Shown here: positions 25,994-34,410 of the stretch, one piece after another
Position numbering within the stretch: the stretch's first letter is position 1
Layout of the letters: the number at the start of each line of letters is the position of its first letter
Source of the DNA: an uncultured archaeon
Lineage (GTDB): Archaea; Halobacteriota; Archaeoglobi; Archaeoglobales; Archaeoglobaceae
Direction of reading: 5' to 3'
NCBI GenBank assembly: GCA_964587675.1
Contig: CAZPML010000001.1
Coordinates: 1 to 34,410, forward strand
DNA: 34,410 bases
Made by a program: the position numbers and the translations under genes
Notes under the pieces: model-generated
The model's input: only the letters and a program-made list of their open reading frames with translations
Told to the model about the DNA's origin: nothing
Database searches by the model: none

Positions 25994-27808
25994 CTACGCT
26001 TTATCACCTAAAATTAATCTTGGAGCAATCATCATAGATTTAAGCTCGTCAAGTAGGAGTTTAAATGCATAACTCATTTCAACTTTGTGAATGTTGCTAT
26101 CGTCATCACAAACATGACAATAGGCTGTATTTCGTCGATAGTCGTATGTTGCGACGTGTCCACAGTTACCACATACCCAGACCTCTACTTTGTCGGATTC
26201 CTCTAATAATCGATCCTTTAAAAGTAAAGCAGCACCATGACCAATCAGTACATCCCTCTCCATCTCTCCAAATCTTAATCCACCCTTTCTGGCTCTTCCC
26301 TCTGTTGGTTGCCTAGTTAGTACTTGGACAGGTCCTCTACTTCTTGCATGAATCTTGTTTGAAACCATGTGGTACAATTTCTGATAATATATAACTCCGA
26401 CAAAAATATCTACTAGGTATCTTTTGCCAGTTATACCATCGTACATAACTTCTTTTCCCGTGTAGCTAAATCCATATGCTTTTAAGACTTTTCTGAGTTC
26501 TTCCTCTTTTTCACCATGGAATATCGTTCCATCAACTCGCCTCGCCTCTAGACAACCAACTTTTCCGCCAATCATTTCCAAAACGTGACCAATTGTCATT
26601 CTTGATGGGATGGCATGGGGATTGATTATCATATCGGGAACGATACCAGATTCAGTAAAAGGCATGTCCTCCTCTGGTACAATAAGACCTATTACTCCTT
26701 TTTGTCCATGTCTCGAGGCGAACTTATCTCCAAGTTCTGGAATCCTCAAATCTCTCACCCTTACTTTTGCTAATTTTGACCCGCCTTCAGATTGCATTAA
26801 AAAAACAGCATCAACAATACCCTTTTCATTACTCCTCATTGTAATTGAAGTCTCCCTCCTTTTTTGCGGAGAAATGCCAAGTTCAGTCGGTTCCTCGAGA
26901 AATCTTGGTGGTGATGTCTTCCCAATCAAAACATCGTCAGGACCAACCTCAATTTCTGGAAAGACTAGACCATCCTCATCTAAATGTGCATACGCCTCGG
27001 CCCCTCTAAATCCAGAAATATCGGCACCAGGTATTTCGAACCTATCTTCCTGACCTCCTGGATACCTCATCTCCTCGGTTTCGTATGTTCTGAAGAAAAA
27101 CGATCTTCCTAGACCTCTATCAATACTCCCCTTATTAAAAATGAGGGCATCCTCAATATTATAACCCTCGTAGCTCAGAACAGCGACGACGAAATTTTGT
27201 CCAGCAGGTCTTTCATCAAATTTTATCTCCCGTTGTGTATCTGTTGTAACGATTGGGATTTGCGGATGTTGGAGTAAATGACCTCTCGTATCGGCTCTCC
27301 AAGCAAGGTTGGAATAAGGAATACCAAGACTTTGCTTTATCATCGCTGCACCCATCGTATTGCGGGGAGAGGCGTTATGTTCAGCATATGGTATGCTTCC
27401 CGTACATATGCCAACAATTAGAGAGGAATCCAACTCCAGATGTGTGTGCTCTAGAGTTAGTTCTGATTCATATACAGCTACATACGCATTTTCTTCCTCT
27501 TCTGCATCTAAGAATTCAATCTTGCCTAACTTAACCAAATCATTAAATGTTATCTCTCCATTTTCCAATTTTTGTATGTCATCCTCTGTAACTAGTGGTT
27601 TACCATCTCTTACAACTATCAGCGGGCGTCTTGCCCTTCCCGCATCTGTATTTATCCTTACTTCGTTTGAGTCAGGATAGTATACAACATTAACTTGATT
27701 TGAAATTTTGCCCTTTCTTCGGAGTTCCCTAATTCTCTCAGCCAACTCTTTCCCATTTCCATAAAAGCCGATAAGAGCACCGTTTACATAGATTCTACAC
27801 TTTTTCAT
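25994..27808 (-). CDS. rpoB1: DNA-directed RNA polymerase subunit B' (C-terminal half of split B)
   Basis: [24 protein letters not shown], and a C-terminal zinc ribbon CGNCGH...CHVC. It starts 1 nt after the B'' stop. Confidence 0.97.
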   Translation of the reverse strand: MKKCRIYVNGALIGFYGNGKELAERIRELRRKGKISNQVNVVYYPDSNEVRINTDAGRARRPLIVVRDGKPLVTEDDIQKLENGEITFNDLVKLGKIEFLDAEEEENAYVAVYESELTLEHTHLELDSSLIVGICTGSIPYAEHNASPRNTMGAAMIKQSLGIPYSNLAWRADTRGHLLQHPQIPIVTTDTQREIKFDERPAGQNFVVAVLSYEGYNIEDALIFNKGSIDRGLGRSFFFRTYETEEMRYPGGQEDRFEIPGADISGFRGAEAYAHLDEDGLVFPEIEVGPDDVLIGKTSPPRFLEEPTELGISPQKRRETSITMRSNEKGIVDAVFLMQSEGGSKLAKVRVRDLRIPELGDKFASRHGQKGVIGLIVPEEDMPFTESGIVPDMIINPHAIPSRMTIGHVLEMIGGKVGCLEARRVDGTIFHGEKEEELRKVLKAYGFSYTGKEVMYDGITGKRYLVDIFVGVIYYQKLYHMVSNKIHARSRGPVQVLTRQPTEGRARKGGLRFGEMERDVLIGHGAALLLKDRLLEESDKVEVWVCGNCGHVATYDYRRNTAYCHVCDDDSNIHKVEMSYAFKLLLDELKSMMIAPRLILGDKA

Positions 27809-27809
27809 T

Positions 27810-29357
27810 TTAATCCCCTTTTATGGGTTCAACTCCCATGCTGAATAGAATTCTCTTCACTTCTTCCTCGTCAGTTCCAACACTAACTTCAGCATATTCG
27901 GCAAAATTCTTGACTAAGCCACAATTTGGACCTTCAGGCGTCTCATTTGGGCAAATTCTTCCCCACTGAGTTGGATGAAGGTCTCTTGCTTCAAAATGTG
28001 GTTGTGAGCGGGAAAGTGGAGAAACAACTCTCCTAAGATGGGATAAAACTGAGATGTAGTTGTGTCGATCGATAAGTTGGGACACGCCAGTTCTACCTCC
28101 AACCCAATTTCCAGTCGCCATGGGGTGCATAATCCTATCAGTTAGGACATCACTTCTTACAGCGGTATTCATTCTCAGAGGTCTTCCACGTATTTTGGCC
28201 CTTTCTAACTGATATTTAACATCTTTTATTAATCTAAGGAAGGCTACACGAAATATTTCCTCCATTAAATCTCCAGCAAGCTTTAGTCTTTTATTTGCGT
28301 AGTGGTCTTTATCATCTTCTCTTCTCAAACCCAAGTAAAGTTCAAATACCGCTTCGGCCATTCTAGCTAAAAAGAAGGCTTTTGCTCTCCTAGCCTCTTT
28401 ATCTGTGCCAAGATGTGGTAGGAAGTATTGGTCCAAGACTTGCTCAGCTCTTTGTATTCGGTATTCCCTACTTTGACCTGGAGCGACCCTTCTTCCAATA
28501 TATTCAATCGCCTCATCAGTAGAATCAACGTCGGCCTCCTCGACATTCTGGAGCATATATTTCAAGATTTCAGGATTTATACTCACCATTTCAACGATTT
28601 CTTGATCGGTCTCAACACCAAGAGCTTTCATTAACGTAACAAATTTTATTGGTTTCGGAAGCTGTGGGAATGTGACTTCCAGAATGTTATTTCTTCCTCT
28701 TTCTACAACTATTAATGCCCTGTATCCCGCTCTTTGACTAAAGCATTTTGCTAGTTCAATCATTTCGCCGTATTTTTCTTCTCTCTCGAGTAATATTTTA
28801 TTTGGTGCTAAGTCCTCAAGTGTAACAAGGGCTCTCTCAGTTCCATTAATGATAAAGTATCCACCGGGATCAAACGGATCCTCTCCAGCGATGTTGAGTT
28901 TTTCCTCATAGCTTAATCTCTCAGGATATTCAATTTTTCGAGATACTCTTAATACATCATCGAGAAATCTAGGATTGAGATTGCACACTTTTGACTTTAG
29001 CATTATGGGCAACATTCCAATTTCTACAATTTCAGTCTCCATTTGCCTTCCTTCATCGTAAACTGTTGTTTCCAAGTATATAGGTGCAGCATAATTCAAA
29101 TTTCGTAATCTAGCGTCGGCAGGTAGTAGTGGCATTTTGGTCCCGTCTGCTTCTTTAACAATTGGATTTCCAACTCTAATTCTTCCCAATTCAACATAAG
29201 TGTTGGGTATATCGAGTTCAATGACCTTCTGTTCATTAATAACTTTCTGTAAACCCTCATCGATAAATCTATTGAAAGAATCTATTTGGTGTTTAACTAG
29301 CCGTTCGTGGGTAAAGTAAGCTCTTGCTAAAACTCGCGTATTCAACACATTCAACAC
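27810..29357 (-). CDS. rpoB2: DNA-directed RNA polymerase subunit B'' (N-terminal half of split B)
   Basis: [21 protein letters not shown] and [19 protein letters not shown]...[19 protein letters not shown] motifs. Confidence 0.97.
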   Translation of the reverse strand: MLNVLNTRVLARAYFTHERLVKHQIDSFNRFIDEGLQKVINEQKVIELDIPNTYVELGRIRVGNPIVKEADGTKMPLLPADARLRNLNYAAPIYLETTVYDEGRQMETEIVEIGMLPIMLKSKVCNLNPRFLDDVLRVSRKIEYPERLSYEEKLNIAGEDPFDPGGYFIINGTERALVTLEDLAPNKILLEREEKYGEMIELAKCFSQRAGYRALIVVERGRNNILEVTFPQLPKPIKFVTLMKALGVETDQEIVEMVSINPEILKYMLQNVEEADVDSTDEAIEYIGRRVAPGQSREYRIQRAEQVLDQYFLPHLGTDKEARRAKAFFLARMAEAVFELYLGLRREDDKDHYANKRLKLAGDLMEEIFRVAFLRLIKDVKYQLERAKIRGRPLRMNTAVRSDVLTDRIMHPMATGNWVGGRTGVSQLIDRHNYISVLSHLRRVVSPLSRSQPHFEARDLHPTQWGRICPNETPEGPNCGLVKNFAEYAEVSVGTDEEEVKRILFSMGVEPIKGD

Positions 29358-29369
29358 CTCACGTTCTCC

Positions 29370-29609
29370 TCATACAACCAGTCTATAAAAAACGCTTTTT
29401 CCGGCAGTAAGACTCTCCCGAGTTATTTTAATCACATCTCCAGGTTTCGCACCAATTTCTTTAATGATTGGATCTGTAGATTTGATCTTCGGTAATTGTT
29501 CTTTGCTAATTCCCAATATCTTTAGTATTTCTTTAACTTCTTCGTCGCTAAGTATTTCATGCTTTGGTACAAGTATATGATCTTGTAACCTAAATTTCAT
29601 TTTTTCCAC
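29370..29609 (-). CDS. rpoH: DNA-directed RNA polymerase subunit H
   Basis: HILVPKHEILSDEE...LPKI...DP....GAKPGDVIKI.R.S.TAG is the RpoH/Rpb5 C-domain signature. The track start at 29609 is GTG. The ATG at 29600 (MKFRLQDH...) lies 5 nt after GGGTGG and is the more likely start. Confidence 0.9.
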   Translation of the reverse strand: MEKMKFRLQDHILVPKHEILSDEEVKEILKILGISKEQLPKIKSTDPIIKEIGAKPGDVIKITRESLTAGKSVFYRLVV

Positions 29610-29624
29610 CCAATATGGAAGATA

Positions 29625-29698
29625 CGGGCTCGACGGGATTTGAACCCGCGACCGACGGGTTAAAAGCCCGTCGCTCTACCTGGCTGAGCTACGAGCCC
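29625..29698 (-). tRNA. tRNA-Lys (anticodon UUU)
   Basis: The reverse complement folds as a canonical cloverleaf: GGGCUCG-UA-GCUC-AGCCAGGUA-GAGC-G-ACGGG-CUUUUAA-CCCGU-CGGUC-GCGGG-UUCAAAU-CCCGU-CGAGCCC-G. All four stems pair, the T-loop is UUCAAAU, and CCA is not encoded. It is the only GC-rich island in the window. Confidence 0.93.
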
Positions 29699-29721
29699 TT
29701 AAGCACAAGAAATGTTGTATC

Positions 29722-29737
29722 GATATAAATTTTTTTT
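29722..29737 (-). promoter_or_regulatory. BRE/TATA promoter for tRNA-Lys (and probably the downstream rpoH operon)
   Basis: The minus strand reads CGAAAAAAAATTTATATCG. TTTATATC (29729-29722) ends 24 nt upstream of the tRNA 5' end at 29698, preceded by a purine-rich A-tract (BRE-like). Confidence 0.5.
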
Positions 29738-29845
29738 CGTGTCATCCATGTCAAAATTTAGGGAATTCATTTTCGGGTATGCAGACTCATCCTTCTGAGT
29801 TAGAACCTATTTCTAATTTTTTATCTTTTTGTAACTCCAAATTGG

Positions 29846-31552
29846 TTACTCCTTGATGAACAATTCGGTCAATTCGAATTTTTTGACATCGATCAGCCCA
29901 AGATCAGTTAATTTTAATTCAGGTATCACTGGGAGGGCAATAAATGATAGTGTTACTATTGGAGAAGTAAGAGTGCATCCCAAATCTCTAATTGCTTTTT
30001 CGATTTTAGCTAGTCTTTTAGCAACTTTTTCGGCCCTCTCATTGCTCATAAGTCCAGCAATTCTCAAAGGTAATCTATGTACTTCATTTCTATTACAAAC
30101 GACTATTCCTCCTTGCATATCAATTACTGTGTTAACGGCCTTGCAGATATCTTCATCATTGGTGCCAACAGCAACTATATTGTGAGCATCATGCGATATC
30201 GTCTGAGCAATAGCTCCCCTTTTTAGGTTGAATCCCCTTATGTACCCTACACTTAGTCTACCGGTGTGTTTATGCCTTTCCATAACTACAGCTTTCAGTA
30301 TATCTCTGTCAACATCGATCCCCGTTACGTATTCCACTGCAGTTTTAGTTAAAATTTCTCCATCGATAACTACAATTATTTTGGCTTTACCCTTCCTCCT
30401 AATTTCAATATCGCTCGGTTTTATCTTTGGAGCCTTTACAGTATTTAGTGCGTATTTTGGATACTTAAACTTTCGATATTTTGGTATTTTGCCATTTATT
30501 AAGACTAGCTTTACTGTAAAATTTTTCAAGTCGTCAAGAAGTACGAGGTCGGCATATCTTCCCGGAGCTATTAGACCAGCATTTATTCCAAAGTAATCTG
30601 CAGGATTAATCGTAAGCATTTGGAGAGCTTTTATCTCGTCTATCCCCTCTTCAATTGCTCTTTTGTAAACATAATCAAGGTGTCCATTGGTTATGATGTC
30701 CAAAACCGATCTGTCTCCATCTGTTACGAGCATTGTATATCTATTACCAGCTATCGATTTTAATGAGGATAAATTTCTAGCTGCTGACCCTTCACGAATC
30801 ATAATCCTCATTCCACGTCGTAGCTTCTCTATTCCCTCCTTTAAATCTGAACTTTCATGATCTGATAAGATGCCTGCTGTTAGATACGCATTAAGATCAT
30901 ACCCAGTTAATTTAGGACAATGTCCATCAATTATATATTCTCTAGACGCTATAATTTTGTCTAGAATTTCTCTTTCACAGTTGATTACACCTGGATAGTT
31001 CATAACTTCCGCTAAACCTAGCACTCCATTTAGTTTGAGAAGATTTTTAATTTCATTAGCATTTATAACCCCTCCCGAGGTCTCAAGTGGAGATGATGGC
31101 ACACAAGATGGAACCAAGAAGTAAACTCTTAATGGAGCAATTCTCGACTCTTGTAACATTAGCTTTAAACCCTTACTTCCTAAAACATTGCAAATTTCAT
31201 GTGGATCTGCTATTACACAAGTTGTTCCATGTTTTGTTACAATTCTTGCAAATTCGGTTAGGGACACCATTGACATCTCGATATGCGTATGTGCATCAAT
31301 TAATCCAGGGATGAGAACTCCACCACCTTGGCAGTTTATCTCCCTTTTTCCAGAATACCTCCCAAGACCAACTATTATTCCCCCATGCACGGCAACATCT
31401 GTAGTGTATATTTCTTCCGTGAGTACGTTTACGAGATCTACATTTTTTATAACTAGTTCGGCTCTTTTATGACCCTTTGCAACCTCTATCAATTCACAAA
31501 GTCTTTGTCTATAAGTTTTCGATAATATCTTTGACCGTTTCCTCATCGACAC
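29846..31552 (-). CDS. ade: Adenine deaminase
   Basis: AELVIKNVDLVNV, the metal-binding LIPGLIDAHTHIEMS, and a length of about 570 aa typical of the Ade amidohydrolase family. The start (Met1 or Met3) overlaps the upstream PRT gene by 38-44 nt. Confidence 0.9.
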   Translation of the reverse strand: MSMRKRSKILSKTYRQRLCELIEVAKGHKRAELVIKNVDLVNVLTEEIYTTDVAVHGGIIVGLGRYSGKREINCQGGGVLIPGLIDAHTHIEMSMVSLTEFARIVTKHGTTCVIADPHEICNVLGSKGLKLMLQESRIAPLRVYFLVPSCVPSSPLETSGGVINANEIKNLLKLNGVLGLAEVMNYPGVINCEREILDKIIASREYIIDGHCPKLTGYDLNAYLTAGILSDHESSDLKEGIEKLRRGMRIMIREGSAARNLSSLKSIAGNRYTMLVTDGDRSVLDIITNGHLDYVYKRAIEEGIDEIKALQMLTINPADYFGINAGLIAPGRYADLVLLDDLKNFTVKLVLINGKIPKYRKFKYPKYALNTVKAPKIKPSDIEIRRKGKAKIIVVIDGEILTKTAVEYVTGIDVDRDILKAVVMERHKHTGRLSVGYIRGFNLKRGAIAQTISHDAHNIVAVGTNDEDICKAVNTVIDMQGGIVVCNRNEVHRLPLRIAGLMSNERAEKVAKRLAKIEKAIRDLGCTLTSPIVTLSFIALPVIPELKLTDLGLIDVKKFELTELFIKE

Positions 31553-32093
31553 TTACTTCATATTCTTTGAGGATTTTTATAGCTTCGTTTACACTCTTTA
31601 CATTTTCTTTTCTTAACAAATCTTTAAGATCCTCTTTCAAGCTCCAGGGATAAATTATCCATCTCCACTCTTCCAATTTCGAAGCATAATAATCAGGCTC
31701 AAATTTAGAGGTTTTTTTATAATCCAATACTGCAGTTCTCACTTCTAATGGAGATAAGCCTAATACATGCTCTTTAACAAGGAGTATCGTATCACCGGTA
31801 TCCGCAACATCATCCACAATTAGAATATTTCTATTTTCTAGATTTATATTTAAAGGTTGTGTAATTCTCGCCTTCCCAGTTATTGTTGCTACAACACCCC
31901 AGTGCTCCGTTTTTACACTAAATAAGTCTTTGATATCAAGATGGTCGCATAATATTCTTGCAGGAACCCAACCACCTCTAGCTATTGCGACGATAGTATC
32001 AGCTTTAAATCCACTCATTTTAATTTTTTGAGCTAGAATCTTACACAACTTTGTTATATCACCCCAAGAATACTGTAGACATTTAAACCTCAT
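31509..32093 (-). CDS. Purine (hypoxanthine/xanthine-guanine type) phosphoribosyltransferase
   Basis: PRPP-binding loop ILIVDDVADTGDT, IARGGWVPARIL, and the WRWIIYPW tail seen in Gpt-like COG2236 proteins. Its position upstream of ade suggests a purine salvage pair. Confidence 0.8.
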   Translation of the reverse strand: MRFKCLQYSWGDITKLCKILAQKIKMSGFKADTIVAIARGGWVPARILCDHLDIKDLFSVKTEHWGVVATITGKARITQPLNINLENRNILIVDDVADTGDTILLVKEHVLGLSPLEVRTAVLDYKKTSKFEPDYYASKLEEWRWIIYPWSLKEDLKDLLRKENVKSVNEAIKILKEYEVSVDEETVKDIIENL

Positions 32094-32177
32094 CTGTACT
32101 CGGATCTAAAAAATACTTTAAAATGTTTTCGATTATTTCTATTATTTCAAATCAGCTTTTAATTCAGTTAATAAATT

Positions 32178-32197
32178 TTAAATTAATATTAATTTAA
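32178..32197. repeat. Perfect 20-bp palindrome TTAAATTAATATTAATTTAA in a divergent promoter region
   Basis: I verified all 10 mirrored pairs base by base (centre between 32187 and 32188). The first mismatch is at 32177/32198. Confidence 0.6.
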
Positions 32198-32314
32198 GTG
32201 AACTATATTACCTTTTTATACCGCTTAAATTAGAAACCAGTTAAAGTTTAAATAGCAAAAATACGAATACACGCCCTCATAGAAAAATGTTAATTTCTGA
32301 AGAAGGGTGAGAGT

Positions 32315-32572
32315 ATGATCGAATTATTAGTCAAGGAACTCGGAGAGGAGGTTACTTCCATACAGCTCTTAAAGTGGTTCCGACAGAAGAGTCATGAGGT
32401 AAGATGTCAAGTATGCGGTAAACAATTTAATTCAGTTGTTTGGTACATGGATACCAGACCTGGCAACGATATTAAACTTAAAGAAAAAGGCGCTGTAAGC
32501 GTGGAAATTGTCTGTTGCAATTGTGGTAGGAGAAATCCTCTCTCAAAATTAATCGAACAACTATCTACCTAG
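32315..32572 (+). CDS. Hypothetical small zinc-ribbon protein (CxxC-N35-CxxC)
   Basis: SD-like GGGTGAG lies 3 nt upstream of the ATG. CQVCGK ... CCNCGR are the metal-ligand pairs. 85 aa. I recognise no family. Confidence 0.5.
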   Translation: MIELLVKELGEEVTSIQLLKWFRQKSHEVRCQVCGKQFNSVVWYMDTRPGNDIKLKEKGAVSVEIVCCNCGRRNPLSKLIEQLST

Positions 32573-34352
32573 CCCAATAAGGGTTCTCTTTTCGTTTAAT
32601 TTTCAAAAGTTCAAAGAAGGCTTCTTTTGTCTTTTTATCTAGGGAATCCAATAAATCACTTTCGATTATTTTGGCATGCCTTTCCGGTACATCGACCAGT
32701 AAAACTTCATCTCCTGAAAGTTGCCTTCCAATGACAACCCCCTCTATGGCAATCGCTAGCTCCTCACCTTCATGAGCGATGGACACGTTCTTACCTTCTT
32801 TTTGCATAGTTCTGATCATTCCTACTTTGGTTCCGTCTGTTTTGACTAAATTTGTCCCCCTTCTAATTTCACCTGCAATTACACGAACTCCAATAATTGC
32901 AGGCTTACTTCTCCGAAAAATATACTCTTTTAGTAACTTAATTTTCCCAGGTTTGATTAGTGCTTCTATCTTTTGTTTTTCTCGAGCCAGTCTTTCCTCC
33001 TCTCTCCACTTTACAAATCCGTCAATGAGAGAATAAATAATTCTATCTTCAAATATTCTCACTCCATATTTTCTTAGTTCTTCTTCAACACCCGGAAGGA
33101 TTTTTACGTTGAAAGCTAATACAACTTTGTTTAGATAATCTCTATTTGCTGAAGCATCTACCACATCTCGCTTGTCTACATCACCAACTTCTGCTTTTTT
33201 AATTGGTACGTTTTGTTGTTTAAGTTCATTAATTAGTGCTTCTAGTGATCCTAACGTATCGGTTTTTAAAACAACCCCTTCCTCGTTAGTTCTAATAGCT
33301 ATCCTTTCGTATTCACTCTTTATTCTTTGTTTGAACATCTCAATGTCCTTATCATTAAAAACTGATTCGAATTCGCTTCCCGCAAGTACATGATCCAAGT
33401 TTGGTGCTACCAATTTTATTCCGGCTGCAGCAGTAACTTCTTTAACACTTGTAAAATTTGTTTCAATTCTCATCTCCCTAACTGGAGGTGGCTTTAGTAT
33501 TGCTTTGACGCTCGTAACTATAACATCTTCTTTCCCAGCGATCACTATTTTGTCACCAACTTTTAATGTTCCGTCGTAGAGTATGGCGTCACAGGTTATT
33601 CCAAGTCCTCGCTCCTCTTTTACTTCTAATACGGTTCCTCTAGCTTTACCTGTAACACGAAGTCTCAAATCCTTTTCTAAATAGCGTTGTGCAAGCCCTA
33701 CAAGGATCATAAGAAGTTCAGGTATGCCCTCACCTCTCAGAGCTGAGATTGGAATAATCGCAACTGTTTTTGTAAAATCTCTAATCCTGTCAAATCTATC
33801 TGAACTAAACCTAAATTTATAAAGCTCTGCGATTAAATTGAGTATCATATTGTCGAGTTTTTTCTTGGCAGAATCTTCTTGAATGGCATAGCTTTTTATG
33901 AATGGTGAATCTTCTAAACTCTGCCATCCTGGGATTCTGTCAATTTTGTTGGCAGCAACAACGAAGGGTGTTTTAAATGTACGCAAAATTGAAATTGCCT
34001 CCTCCGTTTGTGGTTTGATTCCCTCATTTATATCTATAACGAGTACCGCTAAATCAGCAAGGGCTCCGCCCCTTCTTCTTAAATTTGTAAAGGCCTTATG
34101 TCCCGGGGTATCAATAAAAAGAAGCCCTGGAATCTTAATTTTTGATCTCCATATATCTCTGCATATTTCTTTAATTACCTGAATGGGTACTTCTGTTGCC
34201 CCAATATGCTGTGTGATCCCTCCAGCCTCCCTCAAAGCAACTCTGGTTTTTCTTATTTTGTCTAGCAAGGTTGTTTTACCATGATCAACATGACCTAAAA
34301 CAGCTATAATTGGCGTTCTAAGGGCTTCGCTCATAGATCCAATTCTCATCAA
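32565..34352 (-). CDS. infB: Translation initiation factor aIF5B (IF-2 homologue)
   Basis: RTPIIAVLGHVDHGKTTLLDKIR, DTPGH and NKID GTPase motifs. The 595-aa, four-domain layout is typical of aIF5B. Confidence 0.95.
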   Translation of the reverse strand: MMRIGSMSEALRTPIIAVLGHVDHGKTTLLDKIRKTRVALREAGGITQHIGATEVPIQVIKEICRDIWRSKIKIPGLLFIDTPGHKAFTNLRRRGGALADLAVLVIDINEGIKPQTEEAISILRTFKTPFVVAANKIDRIPGWQSLEDSPFIKSYAIQEDSAKKKLDNMILNLIAELYKFRFSSDRFDRIRDFTKTVAIIPISALRGEGIPELLMILVGLAQRYLEKDLRLRVTGKARGTVLEVKEERGLGITCDAILYDGTLKVGDKIVIAGKEDVIVTSVKAILKPPPVREMRIETNFTSVKEVTAAAGIKLVAPNLDHVLAGSEFESVFNDKDIEMFKQRIKSEYERIAIRTNEEGVVLKTDTLGSLEALINELKQQNVPIKKAEVGDVDKRDVVDASANRDYLNKVVLAFNVKILPGVEEELRKYGVRIFEDRIIYSLIDGFVKWREEERLAREKQKIEALIKPGKIKLLKEYIFRRSKPAIIGVRVIAGEIRRGTNLVKTDGTKVGMIRTMQKEGKNVSIAHEGEELAIAIEGVVIGRQLSGDEVLLVDVPERHAKIIESDLLDSLDKKTKEAFFELLKIKRKENPYWAR

Positions 34353-34410
34353 TTCTCTTATATTCTAGAATTTCGTTTTCTGAGAAAAATAGTGAGATTT
34401 CACGAGAGGC

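Noticed and set aside
32094-32314. A very AT-rich 221-nt divergent spacer considered as a possible replication origin.
   Set aside because: There is no adjacent orc1/cdc6 gene, and no repeated ORB-like elements, only one palindrome. The length is consistent with two back-to-back promoters.
1-34410. A search for CRISPR arrays, transposases/IS ends, integrases, toxin-antitoxin pairs or known defence genes.
   Set aside because: I saw no regularly spaced direct repeats and no transposase-, integrase- or nuclease-type ORFs other than the intein's endonuclease-like region. The gene content is housekeeping plus a few metabolic or transport pairs.

Overview
AT-rich, very gene-dense archaeal chromosome segment. 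The evidence for an archaeon is RNA polymerase split into H, B'', B', A' and A'' subunits, aEF-2 with the diphthamide His context, aIF5B, L30e, a short two-KH NusA, pyruvoyl arginine decarboxylase, and TATA/BRE-type promoters. The split rpoB points to a methanogen/halophile/Archaeoglobus-type euryarchaeal lineage. The K/E/I-rich proteins suggest a thermophile. I cannot name the species.

The core is the conserved transcription/translation superoperon on the minus strand (29609 down to 17321): rpoH-rpoB''-rpoB'-rpoA'-rpoA''-L30e-nusA-S12-S7-EF-2. Several junctions have 1-4 nt stop/start overlaps. A tRNA-Lys(UUU) sits directly upstream. rpoA'' is interrupted by a 337-aa intein. Most other genes are nucleotide or central metabolism: pyrG, guaA subunit B, tmk, ade plus a purine PRT, pdaD, phosphoglycolate phosphatase and an asd 3' end.

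No CRISPR array, transposon or recognisable defence system is visible. The best candidates for undescribed biology are:
1. A translationally coupled four-gene module at 155-3575: double-domain KaiC-like ATPase, a 100-aa helical protein, a P-loop-less KaiC-domain protein, and a tandem MgtE-type membrane protein.
2. An overlapping ECHDC3-like crotonase / HDAC-like pair at 12075-13657, both with substituted canonical catalytic residues.
3. An ion-transporter-like membrane protein coupled to a truncated, divergent SAHH-fold NAD-binding protein at 13635-15758.

All functional calls come from motif recognition by eye. No searches were run.
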